Assembly (NCBI GenBank): GCA_951406725.2
Contig: OX597825.1
Location: 26,536,001 to 26,600,000, forward strand
Source: Octopus vulgaris
Lineage: Eukaryota
Length of the DNA stretch: 64,000 nucleotides
Direction of reading: 5' to 3'
The notes beneath the pieces are model-generated. The model was not told the DNA's origin. It saw only the letters and a list, made by a program, of their open reading frames with translations, and ran no database searches. The first letter of the stretch is position 1; each line of letters begins with the position of its first letter. The position numbers were made by a program, and so were the translations under genes. Below, in pieces: positions 42,529 through 57,329 of this stretch.

Positions 42529-43522
42529 GGATGCAGTTATTGTTGTTGATGAACATGATGATGATGATGATGAGGACGACGACGACGACGACGACGATAA
42601 TGATGATGATGATGAGGGGGAGGAGGATGTGAAAACCAACAGGTTCGGAGAGTGAGAAAGAGAAAGAGAAAAATAAAAATGAGAGATTTATAACAATAGC
42701 TTTCAGTGAAGAACGATATAAAAATAAATATAAAATGTCTATAATATTTATTTCTTTTGGTAAAAACTGCATGAGTAAAACAAGCAAAAGAAAATAATGA
42801 GAAAAAGTTGTATACGTACGGAAAACATATTAAATATAGATACTATAAACTATTTAACTGAACTATCTGCTTTTAATATGAGATTGGTTTCTTTCACTGC
42901 GGTCATTTAGATAGCACTTTACTCTGGTGGGAACTATTATAAAGATGATAAACAATCCTTATTTTCTCATTTTCTTTTTTTGCAAGAATTAAATGGAAGC
43001 CATCAATTATATTAATAGGTCCCTAAATGCAGTAATTCTGGTAGGGTCCAGGCTAATTTGCATAATCTACTATACGTTAAACCTCTCATTTAGCCATCCA
43101 ACCATCCATTTTTATACACGTGCATACATTTAATACGCATTTACATATAACATACGTCTGTCAATTCAGACAATCGAGAAGATATCTCCGCTAAAATATA
43201 CGTTTCAATTTTTTTTTTCTGTAGAATTTTGCCGAAGTTACTCATGTGAGAGCCATACCTAATGTCATTTTTGAAGTAATGCTCTGCTAACAAAATGAAA
43301 ATATTTCACATGTTGAGATTGCCGCAACGTTCCAAACTCAGGGACTTTGTTTAAACGTACCCTTTAAATGGATTCCGATTACAGGTGCATCAACCTGAAT
43401 GCATGGTTTGTAAAAGAAGACGACAACATTATTTACTGTGATAACAGTTGATCAGAAGTCACCTGATTCATATTAGGCAGTACTGTGAAAGAGAAACTAT
43501 AGAGTCAAATATTGCCCAATGC

Positions 43523-43790
43523 AGATAGATAGATAGATAGATAGATAGATCGATAGATAGATCGATAGATAGATCGATAGATAGATCGATAGATAGATCG
43601 ATAGATAGATAGATAGATCGATCGATAGATAGATCGATAGATAGATCGATAGATAGATAGATAGATCGATAGATAGATAGATAAATCGATAGATAGATCG
43701 ATCGATAGATAGATACATAGATAGATAGAAAGAGTTATAGATAGACAGACAGGTAGGTAGAGATAGATAGGTAGAGATAGATAGGTAGAG
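43523..43790. repeat. (GATA)n satellite with periodic GATC interruptions
   Basis: Visible 12 bp higher-order unit GATAGATAGATC. Confidence 0.95.
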
Positions 43791-44840
43791 AGAGGTAAAA
43801 GAAAGAACGGGTGGGAGAAAAAGGAGAGATAGAGCGGGAGAAAGAGAGAGCAGGGGGTGAGACAGAGAGAGTAAACGAACGAGTGAGAAATAGGGTAGGG
43901 AGAGGGAAGATCAAATCACGTATCATTTTTTTCATTACCATTTGTAATTGATACGGTGGATAATAAAAATGGAATACCTTTCCTTATAGATGAATATAGT
44001 CCCATTGCCACTGAATCGAAAATACAGGACACCCACCTTTGCGCAAGAACACTATATCGTCTCATACCAAAATCGACCATTCTTTATGTCTCCACGCAAC
44101 TGTAAATATCAATGTTAAGTAGTTCAGTATAGATAATACTTAAGCAATTTGTGAACACAAATTAAGTCGCCATCAAGAAAATCGAATTAAATGTAATTTA
44201 CACGCCGGGTAATTATTTTAAAAAAACTCGAACCGTGATTAATCCTTACCTAACACTCGGTGTTATCGTTGTTGTTCCTATTGACTTTGAGAGTGGCGTG
44301 GCCGCGAATATCCACGGTAGATTTCTGGTAGTCTATATAAGGGGAGAATGTTATATAAATTATTTTCTAGTATTTAATTTTATCATAGAATTTTGGACAA
44401 AGAAACCTAACATTTCTTATTAGTTTGGTAGACAATTTGAAGAGCCTACAATCCATTATTTTTCAGAAAATGTTAATTGAAATACTGATGATGGTAAAAA
44501 AAGTGCCTATGGCCATGGTATAATTGGCCGTAGTTGTGGTGATGGACGGAATCATAAGGAATATTAATTTCTACAGGGAGTGTAATGATGCCTAGTAATA
44601 GCGATGCAGACGTACGAAATATTGTTGTTCATACCAGATTAACGATGCATAGAAAAACATACAAGAGGTAATTAAGAGTGACATGACGTTACGAATATCT
44701 GACTAATTGCACTGAGATCAGTAAACAAGATGTGGGACAATACATAGATGCATACATACATGCATACATACATGCATACATACACACAGAAACCCCCTCA
44801 CTCACACACATATATAAAACGCATTCCTGGAGCTGGTGTG

Positions 44841-44895
<55 letters not shown>

Positions 44896-45322
44896 ATAAC
44901 GCAAGGATAGATATACGTATAGAGATATTTACGCTTATGTCTTTTGTAATATTAGTCACTACATAGAAACAAGAGTCCACATAGATGTGTATACACAAAC
45001 ACACACACATTGAAATAACACATATATACATATAAACATAATGTACATGTGTTAGCCTCTACACCTATGATTAACGAACGTGCTTTATTTGGGAATATGT
45101 ATGTATTTAAATTATCCTACGCGCCGTCAGGGTTTATATAATTACCAGCTCTAATTATCGTATGCAACGATGATTATATCCATAACGACAATTCCACATA
45201 CATATACGTCCACATGTATTGGGAGGCATAGATAGATTGTGTGAATATGAAAGAAACGCAGATGTATTTATACATACATACATATATATATATAAACATA
45301 TATATATAAATGTGTATATATA

Positions 45323-45393
<71 letters not shown>

Positions 45394-45470
45394 TATTAGA
45401 GAAAAAAACACTATTATGCAAATCAAACAAAGAAAGACTTAATCCAATTTGGATGTATTCCCTAATATTT

Positions 45471-45558
<88 letters not shown>

Positions 45559-45559
45559 G

Positions 45560-45760
45560 ACATACATGTCTAAATTCATAGACACTTACATGAACGTTTT
45601 GTGTATATCGTTCTTTGAATTTGTTTCTGGTTCGCCTAATATAAATGTTAGTGGTACCATTTTTGTCTGCGATATTGGTCCTGTAGAAGTGATCTTTTCC
45701 GGGGCTCTTTTTATTCACAGAACACATATCTTTAGATCTGCTGTTACGTGATATTCTTCA
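45560..45760 (-). pseudogene. Penelope-like element GIY-YIG endonuclease remnant
   Basis: RNSRSKDMCSVNKKSPGKDHFYR..NIYIRRTRNKFKERYTQ matches the PLE pattern CNCRxKxxCPxxxxC..VY..YIGxTxxxFKxRYxxH. Ends near (TA)n. Confidence 0.65.
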
Positions 45761-46173
45761 TGCTACTTGTCTACATGTATTTGAAACAACATGAACTTCT
45801 ACTGGAGAGGAAAGTTATAGTAAGTGTATATTAAGAAGTAAAATATCATACATCTAAGTACAATGCATTATAGACTATATTCCATAAACTATAAATTGAT
45901 ATTTGAACTTTCAGCCAAGCAAAGATAAAACGTCATTAATCCAAACCGAACTGTACCGCAATGAAACCACGGTGTTCAATAATGGAACAGTTTTCTGCAA
46001 GCTACATCTACCTATACTACACACGCAAAAATTCCATTATTCCATTTTGGCCATAATTCAAAGCTTATCCACCTTGGCACACATAAGCTCTTGTTTTTTA
46101 TCTCTTATCCAATCCCGACAAAAGTTGAAGTTCACACTTGATTGTAAACTGACATGCAATATAATATAATATA

Positions 46174-46259
<86 letters not shown>

Positions 46260-46265
<6 letters not shown>

Positions 46266-46445
46266 GCATAGCATGTGACCTGATCTCAGATCGTGTGCAG
46301 CACGGAATTTTGTCAGTAATCAGGTCGCGGTCTCAAAGCGACGAACATATTTTCGTAAATTAAATTTAAATGTTGAAGAGAATATAACGGTTTTTGTATA
46401 TTTTTTAAAAGGCTTATAAACAAATTCCCCGCTGCAATTGATTTT
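46260..46445. repeat. Second copy of the 13672-13895 family, between (TG)n tracts
   Basis: 46260-46299 is an imperfect reverse complement of 13846-13885; 46320-46445 is direct to 13709-13838. Confidence 0.75.
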
Positions 46446-46486
46446 GTGTGTGTGTGTATATATGTATATATGTCTACACACACACG

Positions 46487-46517
<31 letters not shown>

Positions 46518-46525
46518 GTATGTAT

Positions 46526-46562
<37 letters not shown>

Positions 46563-46660
46563 AATAAATTTTAGGGTAGTAAAATATTATTTAGAAATGT
46601 TTTACCGCCATGTCCTAGCGTGTAGAAAAAAACTAGTAAACAAGCTATATATTATTCATT

Positions 46661-47052
46661 ATAGATACAGTGTACATTTAAACACATAAGAAATGGCCAT
46701 AATCGGACATGTAGACTGCAGGAAGGAGTAGTTAAAATCCCAAACCACAATTAGGGGTAATTTTCAAACGGGAATGAAAAATAAAAACATTTACCATATA
46801 TTCCCTGGACAAGAGTTTCGAACAATCATAAACTTATATGTTAATCTTTAGCTTTCCTGCTGATGAGGGCTTCGCCTAGCAAAGTACTTTATTTGCTGAA
46901 GATTGCTGGAAACCATGGGCCAGGGAATACATGGTAAATGTTTTTATTTTTCATTCCCCTAATTGTGGTTTATGGATTTTAACTACTCTTTTAAGGGTTT
47001 AGATGTCCGATTATGGCCATCTCGTATGTGTTTAAATGTACACTGTATATAT
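46661..47052. repeat. About 390 bp fold-back element (arms about 155-170 bp) with a hammerhead-like motif at the spacer/right-arm junction
   Basis: TACAGTGTACATTTAAACACATA..ATGGCCATAATCGGACAT..GGGAATGAAAAATAAAAACATTTACCAT is present inverted at 46921-47050. Confidence 0.92.
46853..46927 (+). ncRNA. Candidate (mutated) hammerhead ribozyme with extended stem II
   Basis: UUUCCUG-CUGAUGA-[GGGCUU..AGCAAA/UUUGCU..AAG]-GAAA-CCAUGG-GC-CAGGGAA; 7 bp stem I. The other arm retains GAAAC..GUC-CAGGG. Confidence 0.55.
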
Positions 47053-47073
47053 ATATACACACACACACACATA

Positions 47074-47109
<36 letters not shown>

Positions 47110-47155
47110 TGTATGTATGTATGTATGTATGTATGCATGTATGTATGTATGTATG

Positions 47156-47215
<60 letters not shown>

Positions 47216-47478
47216 CATACAAAATATATTGACATCAATTTCTTCTGTAGTGTTCAATCATTCTAGCCCAGTGAAATCACCGTTGTTTTGTACGCAAATC
47301 TGTTTTATGCAAAAGTACATTTTCGTAAGAAATAAGATTAGAAGTTGTTGGGATTCTCGCAATAATTTCCAATTAGCGTGTATTACAGCACTGAAACCAG
47401 TAAAGCTGCCTACTCATGAAAATATCAGTACAATTTTAATTATTTTTCTTCATGATTCGCAGAGAAGCCAATACATCA

Positions 47479-47567
<89 letters not shown>

Positions 47568-49344
47568 CACACACACACATATATATATATACTTGTACAT
47601 ATGTGTATATATATATATATATATATATGCCAGATGCAACCTGGTACGATTTTCGGTGCAACATTTTCATGGTCTATCCATTTGGCTAGTTTTGAATCAA
47701 ACTGACTGGAGTTCCTTGTCTGTTAATTAGTGGAAACACTTTCGGAAATCTAGCAAATACCATAATATCTCCAATAAACTCAATTTTCGCCCTACAGTCT
47801 CCACTTCACGTTACCTAGCACAGATAATAGCAACACACAATGCGAGAAGACTATACCACTTCCAAGGGCCCGGTGGCAATAGTATACTAAACAAGAATCA
47901 ACAGAAATATTGATAATCCGAATCCGGATAAAAGGGTAGAAATAGCTAACAAATAAAGTGATCAGGACCCAAAAACCAAAATCACACACACTAGAGTAAG
48001 AAGAGGTAGTAATCTAAGAATCAACAGTCAAGGGGAAATAACCCTAACACAAACCACAGGACAGGGAACGCGAACCGCTAGAAATACCAGCCAAGAAACA
48101 CCTATGATTAATGAGCTTACAAATAATACTAGAACGAGAGAAACGTAAGATATATATACATATATATATGTGCGTGTATATCTGTTATCCAGTATCAGTG
48201 CGTGCGTGTGAGTGTGTACGTGCATATAATTTTATGTATGTATGCATATAAAAGCTTCTCTGTAATCTAATTCGCTTACACGTTGAAAAGGGACGTGATG
48301 CATCGTTCATTTAATAATACAATATTTATGCAAAACTCGGCCACAAATATAAAGAAAATAGCTCAATGTATTTGAACGAATTACTGTCATCCATTTATCA
48401 GATTCTTCACATTACCCAATATGTACTTTCTATTGATAAACAATCGAATCTCAACGGCTCAATGCACTCATAACGTGGCGTCATAATTTCCTTTGTGAAA
48501 GAGAAGTAAGAATGTAAAGAAAAGCAAAAGTGCGGATATAAAGATATATTAACAAACAATAGTATTCGCTAAAGAAGACTGAAATAGAAAAGAAAACAAA
48601 TATATATATATACAAAAATGTATACAGGGCAAAAAAATAAATCGTGTAAGAAAGAAAACTGTATTTGCAGCGTCTGTATTTGACAACAGTATTTTTAAAA
48701 TGGTACGCCTGCACTGTTAAGTGTTCTGAATAGAAGACATAATATGAATGAGATTGGCGAAAGGAAAAATATAGGTGAAGAGGTTGTAATACTCTCTCTC
48801 TCTCATATATACTTACATACACCCCTACCACACTTATGTTCTCTGTTTCTGACACAGATACACACACACAAACACATACAGACTTACATGCTCGCAGGCA
48901 CTGACACATACACACACACACACACACACGTACACACACTTACGTACACCAGTATGCATGTATATATATGTATGTAAACGTATTATCGATTACGTTTCTG
49001 GAGATATCGAGTTTTAGGCATTTAGACATTTTATAAAAGCCTATGCCATCACGGCAACTTTATCAGGAATCTGAGAGTCTTATAATACGTTCCTTATTTG
49101 TAGATGCTCTAGCATTGGGACAGGTGCCACGTGGGATCATTCGCAATATGAGGAGCACATGCGGATAAATTTATCGAAGACTTCTGATGATGGTTATTGG
49201 AGCAAAGGTTTGGCATATACAAATTTGGAATGTATTCTAACATAATTTGTTTTTTATCGTTATCGGGCTGTTCTTGGGGAAAATGCATGAGACTTTCCAG
49301 ATTACAGAGAACGTTGCGTTTAAACAAGCCCAATTGATGACTTT

Positions 49345-49757
49345 ATTGTTTTCTATTTGCCAGTATTTAGACTGCACCCATGCAGTCGAATGAAACGACC
49401 GAAGTACACTTTAAGCCTGATACTTATACTATCGCTTCTTTTTCTGAACCTCTAAGTTAAGTGTATGTACAAAAACAGACACCGGTTTTCAGCAGTTGTG
49501 GCGGACACACATAGACACTCACATGCACACGCGTGCGCACACACACGCGTGCGCACACACACGCGTGCGCACACACACACGCATGTATATCCCACGGGCT
49601 ACTTTCAATTTTCCTGTAACAAATCCACTCACAGGGCTTCGGTGGGCCCCAGGCAATAGTAGAAGAAACAGGATCAAGCTGCCACGCAGTGGCTCTGAAC
49701 CTGGAAACCTTTGCTTGGGACGCAAACTTCTTACCACACAGCCACACACCTGCGCTT
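49345..49757 (-). mobile_element. SINE family 1, near full length, diverged
   Basis: Ends CTTCTTACCACACAGCCACACACCTGCGC (reverse complement of the head); internal CA/CG tract. Confidence 0.88.
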
Positions 49758-51261
49758 GTTAAGTAGACCACTATGAGAAATCTTTAAAATATTCTAACTC
49801 TCCAGTATATATATTTTCTAAACGATGATTTATTATCGTGTAAACGGTTTGAGAAATATGGTGATTTATTTCCTAGATTATTCACGTAATTTCAAGTAGG
49901 TTGAGGAATATATTTCTGAAATGCAATGCTTGCCACTCATCAGAGAACTTGGTGTAACTGTGTGGATTTTCAAATCCGTTCTATAACGCAATTCTGATTT
50001 TGTTTTCTTTAGAGTAAATCAGTTGAAACTAGATGTATAATCCTTGTGGAAAGATTAACTTCTTTGTTGAGATCTTGACGGAATTTTGTAAAATTCAACA
50101 TTTAGTTAATCTTTTTAGATTAAAATACGGAATGATTGTTAAAATACTGAGATTACAAACGGAGCATGGTAATGGAAATCTTATGAAATTAAAGTACAAT
50201 AATGGGAAAAATCACATGGGAAGTTGACGTTCGAATGAAGTTGGTATAGATTTTACTTCGGGTAATGCTGATGTAGAGGTTAAAGACTATTGATATCACT
50301 ACTTCTGCACTCATTGTTGACAGCAATACCAACAACTCAGCATGAGTAAAAGTAGATGCAGGTAAATCGAATCTCGGCCTCAAATGGGAAGTAGTAGACT
50401 GAAGCGATAATAATTCGATCAACACACCTGCGTCCACTGTTGGTATAGCTGAAAACAGCTTGTTTAACTGAAAGCGGCACATTTCAGAAAACACCTTAAG
50501 TTCTTCGCATAAAGTACTAAATATTTACTAGTTCACTAATTGTAAGACAAAGCAATAATAAATGATACAAGAAGATTATATTACCTAACCTGATATATAA
50601 ATAATTTCAGGAAGATGAAAATCGAACTGTCACAATGCATCAAAAGTACAGCAAATGAAAACAGTGCGAACCAGATCCAAAAGTGTATATATATATATTT
50701 GTACATGCATATACATTCACATATACGTACATGAAAATATACATTTAATTCGCGCGCGAACACACACATGTATGTGAAGAGGCAAGTGGGTGCATGTAAA
50801 TATATATGATATTAGGTATAGATATTTCAGATAACCACTATGGGCATATGTGGATATTGATATATTTGCACCTTCCTGCCTCTTAGTGTGTACGTGTATA
50901 TGCGTGAGTGTGTGTTTATATGCGAACACTCAAATGCAATTATACGCATGCGCGATCCTGCATACATGCTTCTATGTATGCAAACATTTCAATATATAAA
51001 AAGTAGATAGAAATGAGCGGGTATATACGTGAAAGCATGTAACATAAATGAATTTTGTAGACATATGTATGTAAATGTATATATACATGTTTGAATATAT
51101 GCAAGTATATACATCCTCACAGATATACATTCTCCTGCAACTCATTAATGACCTGTCCTGTCAGGACCCTAACCTGTTCCCAAATTCTTTATTCCACCAT
51201 TTTACTACCCTACCTCTTCTCTCAGCCCTTAACGTAGGCTCGATCACTACATAACTCACAC

Positions 51262-51330
51262 TCCCTTACTCTTTCAGACTTATTTTAGCCAATAAAATAA
51301 TTTGCTAGGCGAAGCCTTCTTCAGCAGATA
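51262..51330 (-). ncRNA. Decayed hammerhead-like motif homologous to 46853-46927
   Basis: CUGAAGA-AGGCUU-cgcc-UAGCAAAU..AUUGGCUA-aaau-AAGUCU-GAAA. Stem II AGGCUU/AAGUCU abuts both core boxes; stems I and III are decayed. Confidence 0.45.
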
Positions 51331-51488
51331 CACCTAGATTAAAACATATATACACGAGGCAATCCAGTATAAGCCCCGTGCTTATACATTCTAATTTTTT
51401 CAAATCTACCGCGCAAGCGCATCTCCTTGTCGGCAGTAAGTAAAAAAATGCGGGCTTTTCAATTCGAATGTACAATTTAAATGTACAC

Positions 51489-51655
<167 letters not shown>

Positions 51656-54484
51656 GTGTGTGTGTATGTGTATACATCACATCCACCTCACATGTCTGGT
51701 TATATGTACTGCATCTGCTTATTTCTATTGTTTCGTTTTGAATTTAATATATGTGAAATAAATCACGTAAATAGGAAATAACAATTACCAAGCCTGATTG
51801 CATCGTCTTGTTATAAACAACAATTATTGAAAAATTACTTCAACATTGACCCAAATTATAAATATATGTATGTTTTTGCGCGTGTATGTGTATGAATGTG
51901 TATGAGTGTGTGTGTGTGTGTATGTGTGTGTGAGTGGGTATTTTAACGGATTCTGAGATATGTTTCAAACTAATTGCGGACGACTCACATGATTTTACCA
52001 GAATCTAATTAAGTATATGAAAGAATGATTTAACAATCTTCTATTATATAATGTGAGACTTACATCGACGAGGAAACATTTTTAATGAAGTCCGGAAGTC
52101 ACAGTTGATTAAAGAGCTTTACAGGAAGTATATTTAAAATAAAAGCGACGTTCATTATAATTCTTGTCATATGAATCCTATATTATGTAATAAATGCAGC
52201 TAATGATACCAGCTTAGCGATATACGCAAATTATGTTTTAAGTTTAACTGATATTCGCGAACAGGATGTCGGGACACTTTAATGCTGAAAAATGATATAT
52301 ACGTTGTCCTCAAGTAAGATTCTAATTTATTAGGATGAATATTTATAATGAAGTTTTATTTGTAATTATAACAAAGTTGAAACAAATTCGCCAGTTCAAA
52401 ACTTACCGAGGTTCGCTCTTCTGCTCTTATACTTCGTTATACGTGCCACAAGATATTGTGTGAATGATACACAAAAAACGGTATATGGCATCGATATATT
52501 ATGATACAAAGCAACATAACATGATATAATAGTATATAGTCGTTTTATTACCGATTCAGAAAATTACTTAGGCAGGGATCATAGATATGGAAACTGAGTA
52601 TGTCCAAGCAGTTAATATTCAATATTTGGTGAATATATGTATGCAAAAAAATGAACGATTTCCATATGGCTTTACTTCGTTTGAATTCTGTAAAACTCGA
52701 AAACGATGGTAACGAAAAAAGTTGCCTGCGATGATTATGTTTATACATGATAAGTGCTGACATAAGTATGCTTACGATGGATATACGTGTTTCAGTGTTT
52801 CGGAGTGTAATGTAACATGAAGCGTCATATTCACAAAACTGGCTCTTTCAGGAGCAATAGATAAATAAAAATTAAACAAAGGAAACTATTTCGAAGTGGA
52901 CTTAATTCATTACGACATAAAAGACTGTTGAATAGAACAAGCATCAAACATTAAATAATCAGCTTAATCCAGCGTGTGATGGGGAGGGAGTACAGGTTTT
53001 TGCTTAGAGAGGATGCCACTCAGACTTTGAATGACAACTCTCTTTCCAAAGACAAGCTATCGAAGTAGATCAATGAAACGTTACAATATACCGGCGATCA
53101 ATTAGAAAAATAAGTTTTTCCATTATATTTTATATAATTCAATGAGATATTGCTGTTCACACTCAGTTACAAGTTTATCACAACTACATCTTCAACAGAA
53201 TGTGAATGCTGTATTTATGCAACATTTCCTCAAAATAATATCAAAGTGAGAGAGACGGAGAGAGAGAGCGAGGGAGAGTGAGAGAGAGAGAGACATTCAA
53301 GAGCAGCGTGGATTCATAGTTTCGTAGATAGGAATACATTTTCTGTTAAAAAATAAGTTGCATCCCATATTGAAAGAGGTTCTTTAATGCTCTATATACA
53401 TTTATTAGCGGTAAATACGAGGCTGTGAGAGTGGGTCAGGTTATGCTGAACTGTAAACTATATGAATGTGATAACTTCTAATTACAACTGATTGAATGAA
53501 AGAGAAATTTTGCAGACAGTGGAGTAAGGAAGTTCTACAACACTATCCAATGTATTGAAAGTCATATTTGACATTTGCATATCTATTTGACAATGTTGAG
53601 CCATCGAATAATTTGAATTGTTCTTCAAAAGAAAAAGTGAAGAACTGATAGTACAACCAAGCAAATTCAGTTCCTTACTGAAGCAAATGGATTTGGGTAA
53701 AAAAAAAAAAAGATTTTCGTTGAATTGTCAACCTCCGTCCTGGTAATGAGCAACTTTAGGCGGGAACCTTTTATGATTTAAGAATGTTGAAGACTAAGGT
53801 AGGGTTTTATTTTTTGGAGGCGATTGAAGGATATATCCAGATGATCATCATTCCTCTCACTGCAGATATCAGCAAATTCCAGTTCTATCAGTTAATTTTG
53901 GAATTAAAGAAGGAAGATTAGTACAGAAGATCCTTTTTTCTACAACAGCGATTGTTCCAAGAGACAAAACTATCCTCATGCCACTGCTCATGCAGCGAGA
54001 ATCCTTTTCTCATTTCTGTAAACGTGGATGTTGCTTAAATTCTGAGTGGAACATTAAAAAATAAACCTGATATAGTTTTTGAGATATAAAATGCACCACA
54101 TGATTCACATTAATGCACACATTAATGGGACCTGAGTTATGTTTCCAGAGATGAAAACTTCACTTTCAAGGAGATTTTATTTATGAAAACGATATGTCAC
54201 ACATTTCAAGAGTATTAGGCACAGCATTCATACATAGCATTGACAGTAAATTATATACAATATGATGAGTTATAGATCCAAATCATTTTATAAACACCAT
54301 GTTTGAATCCAAATGAAATATGTTTTAGAAATCAAGATACACAACATTTTTTGTATACGCATTGCTTGTTTCAAAATGTTTGTTTCATATGCAGTAGGTT
54401 TCTGAGTATGCAGACCTTTATGTGTGTTTCGGCGCTTTTTTTTAAGTGTTTCTAGGTAATGTTGACCAGATTAGCTACGTTTAA

Positions 54485-54820
54485 AACAAGAGCACTTAGA
54501 GAGCGCAAGCCTCCGCCAAGGCTATACCAACGTCCTCTCAATGATTATCCACAGATGATTTTTTATAATGAAAATATCTGAAATAAACTCGACTGCTCTC
54601 ACAAAAGAGAATACTAAAAATGAACCAGACCGCACTCAAAAATTAATTAAAAAGACAGGAAAAATAATCCAGAATCCTTGTCCGGTACGGGATAGATCCT
54701 GAAATCCTTGAAAGTTTCATCCGAATCCATCCAGTGGTTCTTGAGATATCTTGTCCACGGAAAACAAACAAACACGATTGAAAAAACTATAATCCACCTT
54801 AGCGAAGGCGGAGATAATAA
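54485..54820 (-). mobile_element. Non-autonomous Helentron-associated element (HINE/DINE-1-like), copy 2
   Basis: In element orientation: TTATTATCTCCGCCTTCGCTAAGGTGG..; 3' subterminal repeat TTGGCGGAGG; hairpin GCGCT..AGTGC; end TCTTGTT. Confidence 0.85.
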
Positions 54821-55079
54821 AAAGAAAAATTTTGAAATGATTTTACAGGTACTTTGAAGTTTCACAAATCTTATGCTAAAATTTAAGTTCATATAGGATA
54901 CTTCATCCAATATACTCAACAGATCATTCATGCGTATATATATACAAGTCATTATAGCTGTCCCTATATCTAGAGCTGAATTGTAATAATCTGTATTTAG
55001 TTTGAACATTTCTTCATTAGCAGAGAGATGATAGATAAGGGATGACATTTTTTCTACTATTTTTTGCGTATGCTAACTG

Positions 55080-55445
55080 GGTGGTTACTATTTATGTCTC
55101 TTTATTAGAGGTTTTGCCTGGGTTTGTGGTATGGTCAATATGTATTTGATTTAGAAACTAGTGTGATATCTAGGAATTATTCTCCTCATGTTTCTCCTAC
55201 ATGGTACAAAGTCTGGTTACCCGGCACCGGGTTTTTCAACAGTCACCTTCATCACATAGAAAAGCACTACTGCCTCAAGGCACTTGATGTAAGCATTCGT
55301 GTTGAGTGTGAGGCCGTGATGGAAGACGAATGGAGGCATAAAGTCGTCATCACGAGGGATCGCTCCAAACACCATGATTTTGACATGATGTTTCATTTTT
55401 TACAGTCTCAATACATGTTTTGGGGACAACCGAACAGTTTCGACT
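55080..55445 (-). mobile_element. maT/DD37D-like Tc1-mariner transposase fragment
   Basis: Minus strand: MKHHVKIMVFGAIPRDDDFMPPFVFHHGLTLNTNAYIKCLEAVVL, typical of the region between the first and second catalytic D. Confidence 0.75.
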
Positions 55446-55451
55446 ACATTT

Positions 55452-55810
55452 CCACTGCGTGGCACCTTAAGCGAGTGACTTCTGCTATAAACTCGGGTCG
55501 ATCAATCCTTCGTAACTGGATATTCGATGAACGGATATTAGATGAAACAAGACCGTTATATATTTTATATGTATTGGTTCCTATGCGTATGTCTTTGTAT
55601 TTGTGTTTGTCTCCCACTACCACTTGGGTTGGTGTGTTTATGTTCCCGATAACTTAGTGGTTCGGCACTAGGGTTGATAAAATAAGTACCAATCTTAACG
55701 AAACGACTTAAGTTGAGTGCTCCATTCATTCAAGTAAAATTTCTCCAAGTTAATGCCCTAGCATGGCCGTCGTCTAATGACTGAAAGAAGCAATACAAGA
55801 AAGATAAAAT
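55452..55810 (+). mobile_element. SINE family 1, old 5'-truncated copy
   Basis: CCACTGCGTGGCACCTT..TAACTTAGTGGTTCGGCA..AGCATGGCCG..AATGACTGAAA. Confidence 0.82.
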
Positions 55811-56599
55811 ATATAGACAGACTCCTCTGAAGAAACTTATAATAAAAACGACAATGAACCTGATCTAAAGTGATTAATTCGGAACTCTAACAAATCCTTA
55901 TTACAGGCCATTCTTTTAATTTCAGACGCTTACTTTCGGCGGGAATTGTAGTCAGAAATTAAAAGTATCTATGTCAAAATAGATATAAATGACTCCATAG
56001 ATACTGAATCTAGATACAATATAGCCTTATTACTTACATTTCTTTAACATTAATTAATATACTAATTACATTTGTGTTTTATACTAATGTTAAGTGCAGA
56101 TTTGTATTAGCCAAATTCTTAAGTTGTTAGTCACATCTATGCAATTGTGATAAAAATAATTCCCCAAAATACGTTTCTTTTTCGTCCATGAACGACTAAA
56201 TTCTCCCAAGGGGCACATAGAGAGCAAATTGAGCATTGAGCGATTAGTTCTTTATTTTCGCATTACCTCGTAATTTGAGTCGATCGAGATCATTGTTGCT
56301 TTCACAGAAAATGAATTTGAGGAAAATATTCCTATTCCCACTAGATTTATTCAGGTGGTTAATGAACAAGAACATTAAATAAATGGATAAATGAAAGAAA
56401 TTCAACAAGTGTCCTTCATGTGTGGAACATACACATAAAAAATCAGCAAGATCATTGCAGGAATAAATAGATAGGTAAATATGTAGAGACACATAAAATA
56501 ACTATTCACGCATTGGCACACGCACTATATCAGACACACATACATACAAACACGCATTTTGTATAAGTACAAATACATTCCTATATGCACGCACATATA

Positions 56600-56696
<97 letters not shown>

Positions 56697-56903
56697 GGAT
56701 ATATGCATGTGTCTGTATATGTCTGTCAGTTTGTGTAAGCGTGTGTATCCTCATGTGAGATGAGAGATATCTAGTATATACTTATTTGTTTTGGAAGCAT
56801 TAATCATTTTAAAACTCATGGGAATATGAAATGAAAACTATTAATGAATCTTCTTTACAAGTGGGGAATATTCTACTTCAGTAAGCAGATATAATTCATA
56901 TGC

Positions 56904-56958
<55 letters not shown>

Positions 56959-57018
56959 TATATCAACATACACATATATATATACTTATACATACACATA
57001 TATATATGAGTTTATATA

Positions 57019-57058
<40 letters not shown>

Positions 57059-57142
57059 TTTGCCATATTTATGTGAATACATCTACCTATATATATATAC
57101 ACATAAAAACATATATATATATATATATATGCACGCACACAT

Positions 57143-57210
<68 letters not shown>

Positions 57211-57329
57211 CAGTATATAGTGTGTATGTGTCTCTGTGTGTGGAAGAAAAGCATGTTTATGTATTGTTGAGATATTGCTACTTATCGAAATAAATGATAA
57301 AAAACAATGAAAATGTGCCTAAAAACAAA

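Noticed and set aside
49905-49948. CUGAUGA..GAAA motif on the minus strand
   Set aside because: Stem I cannot close.
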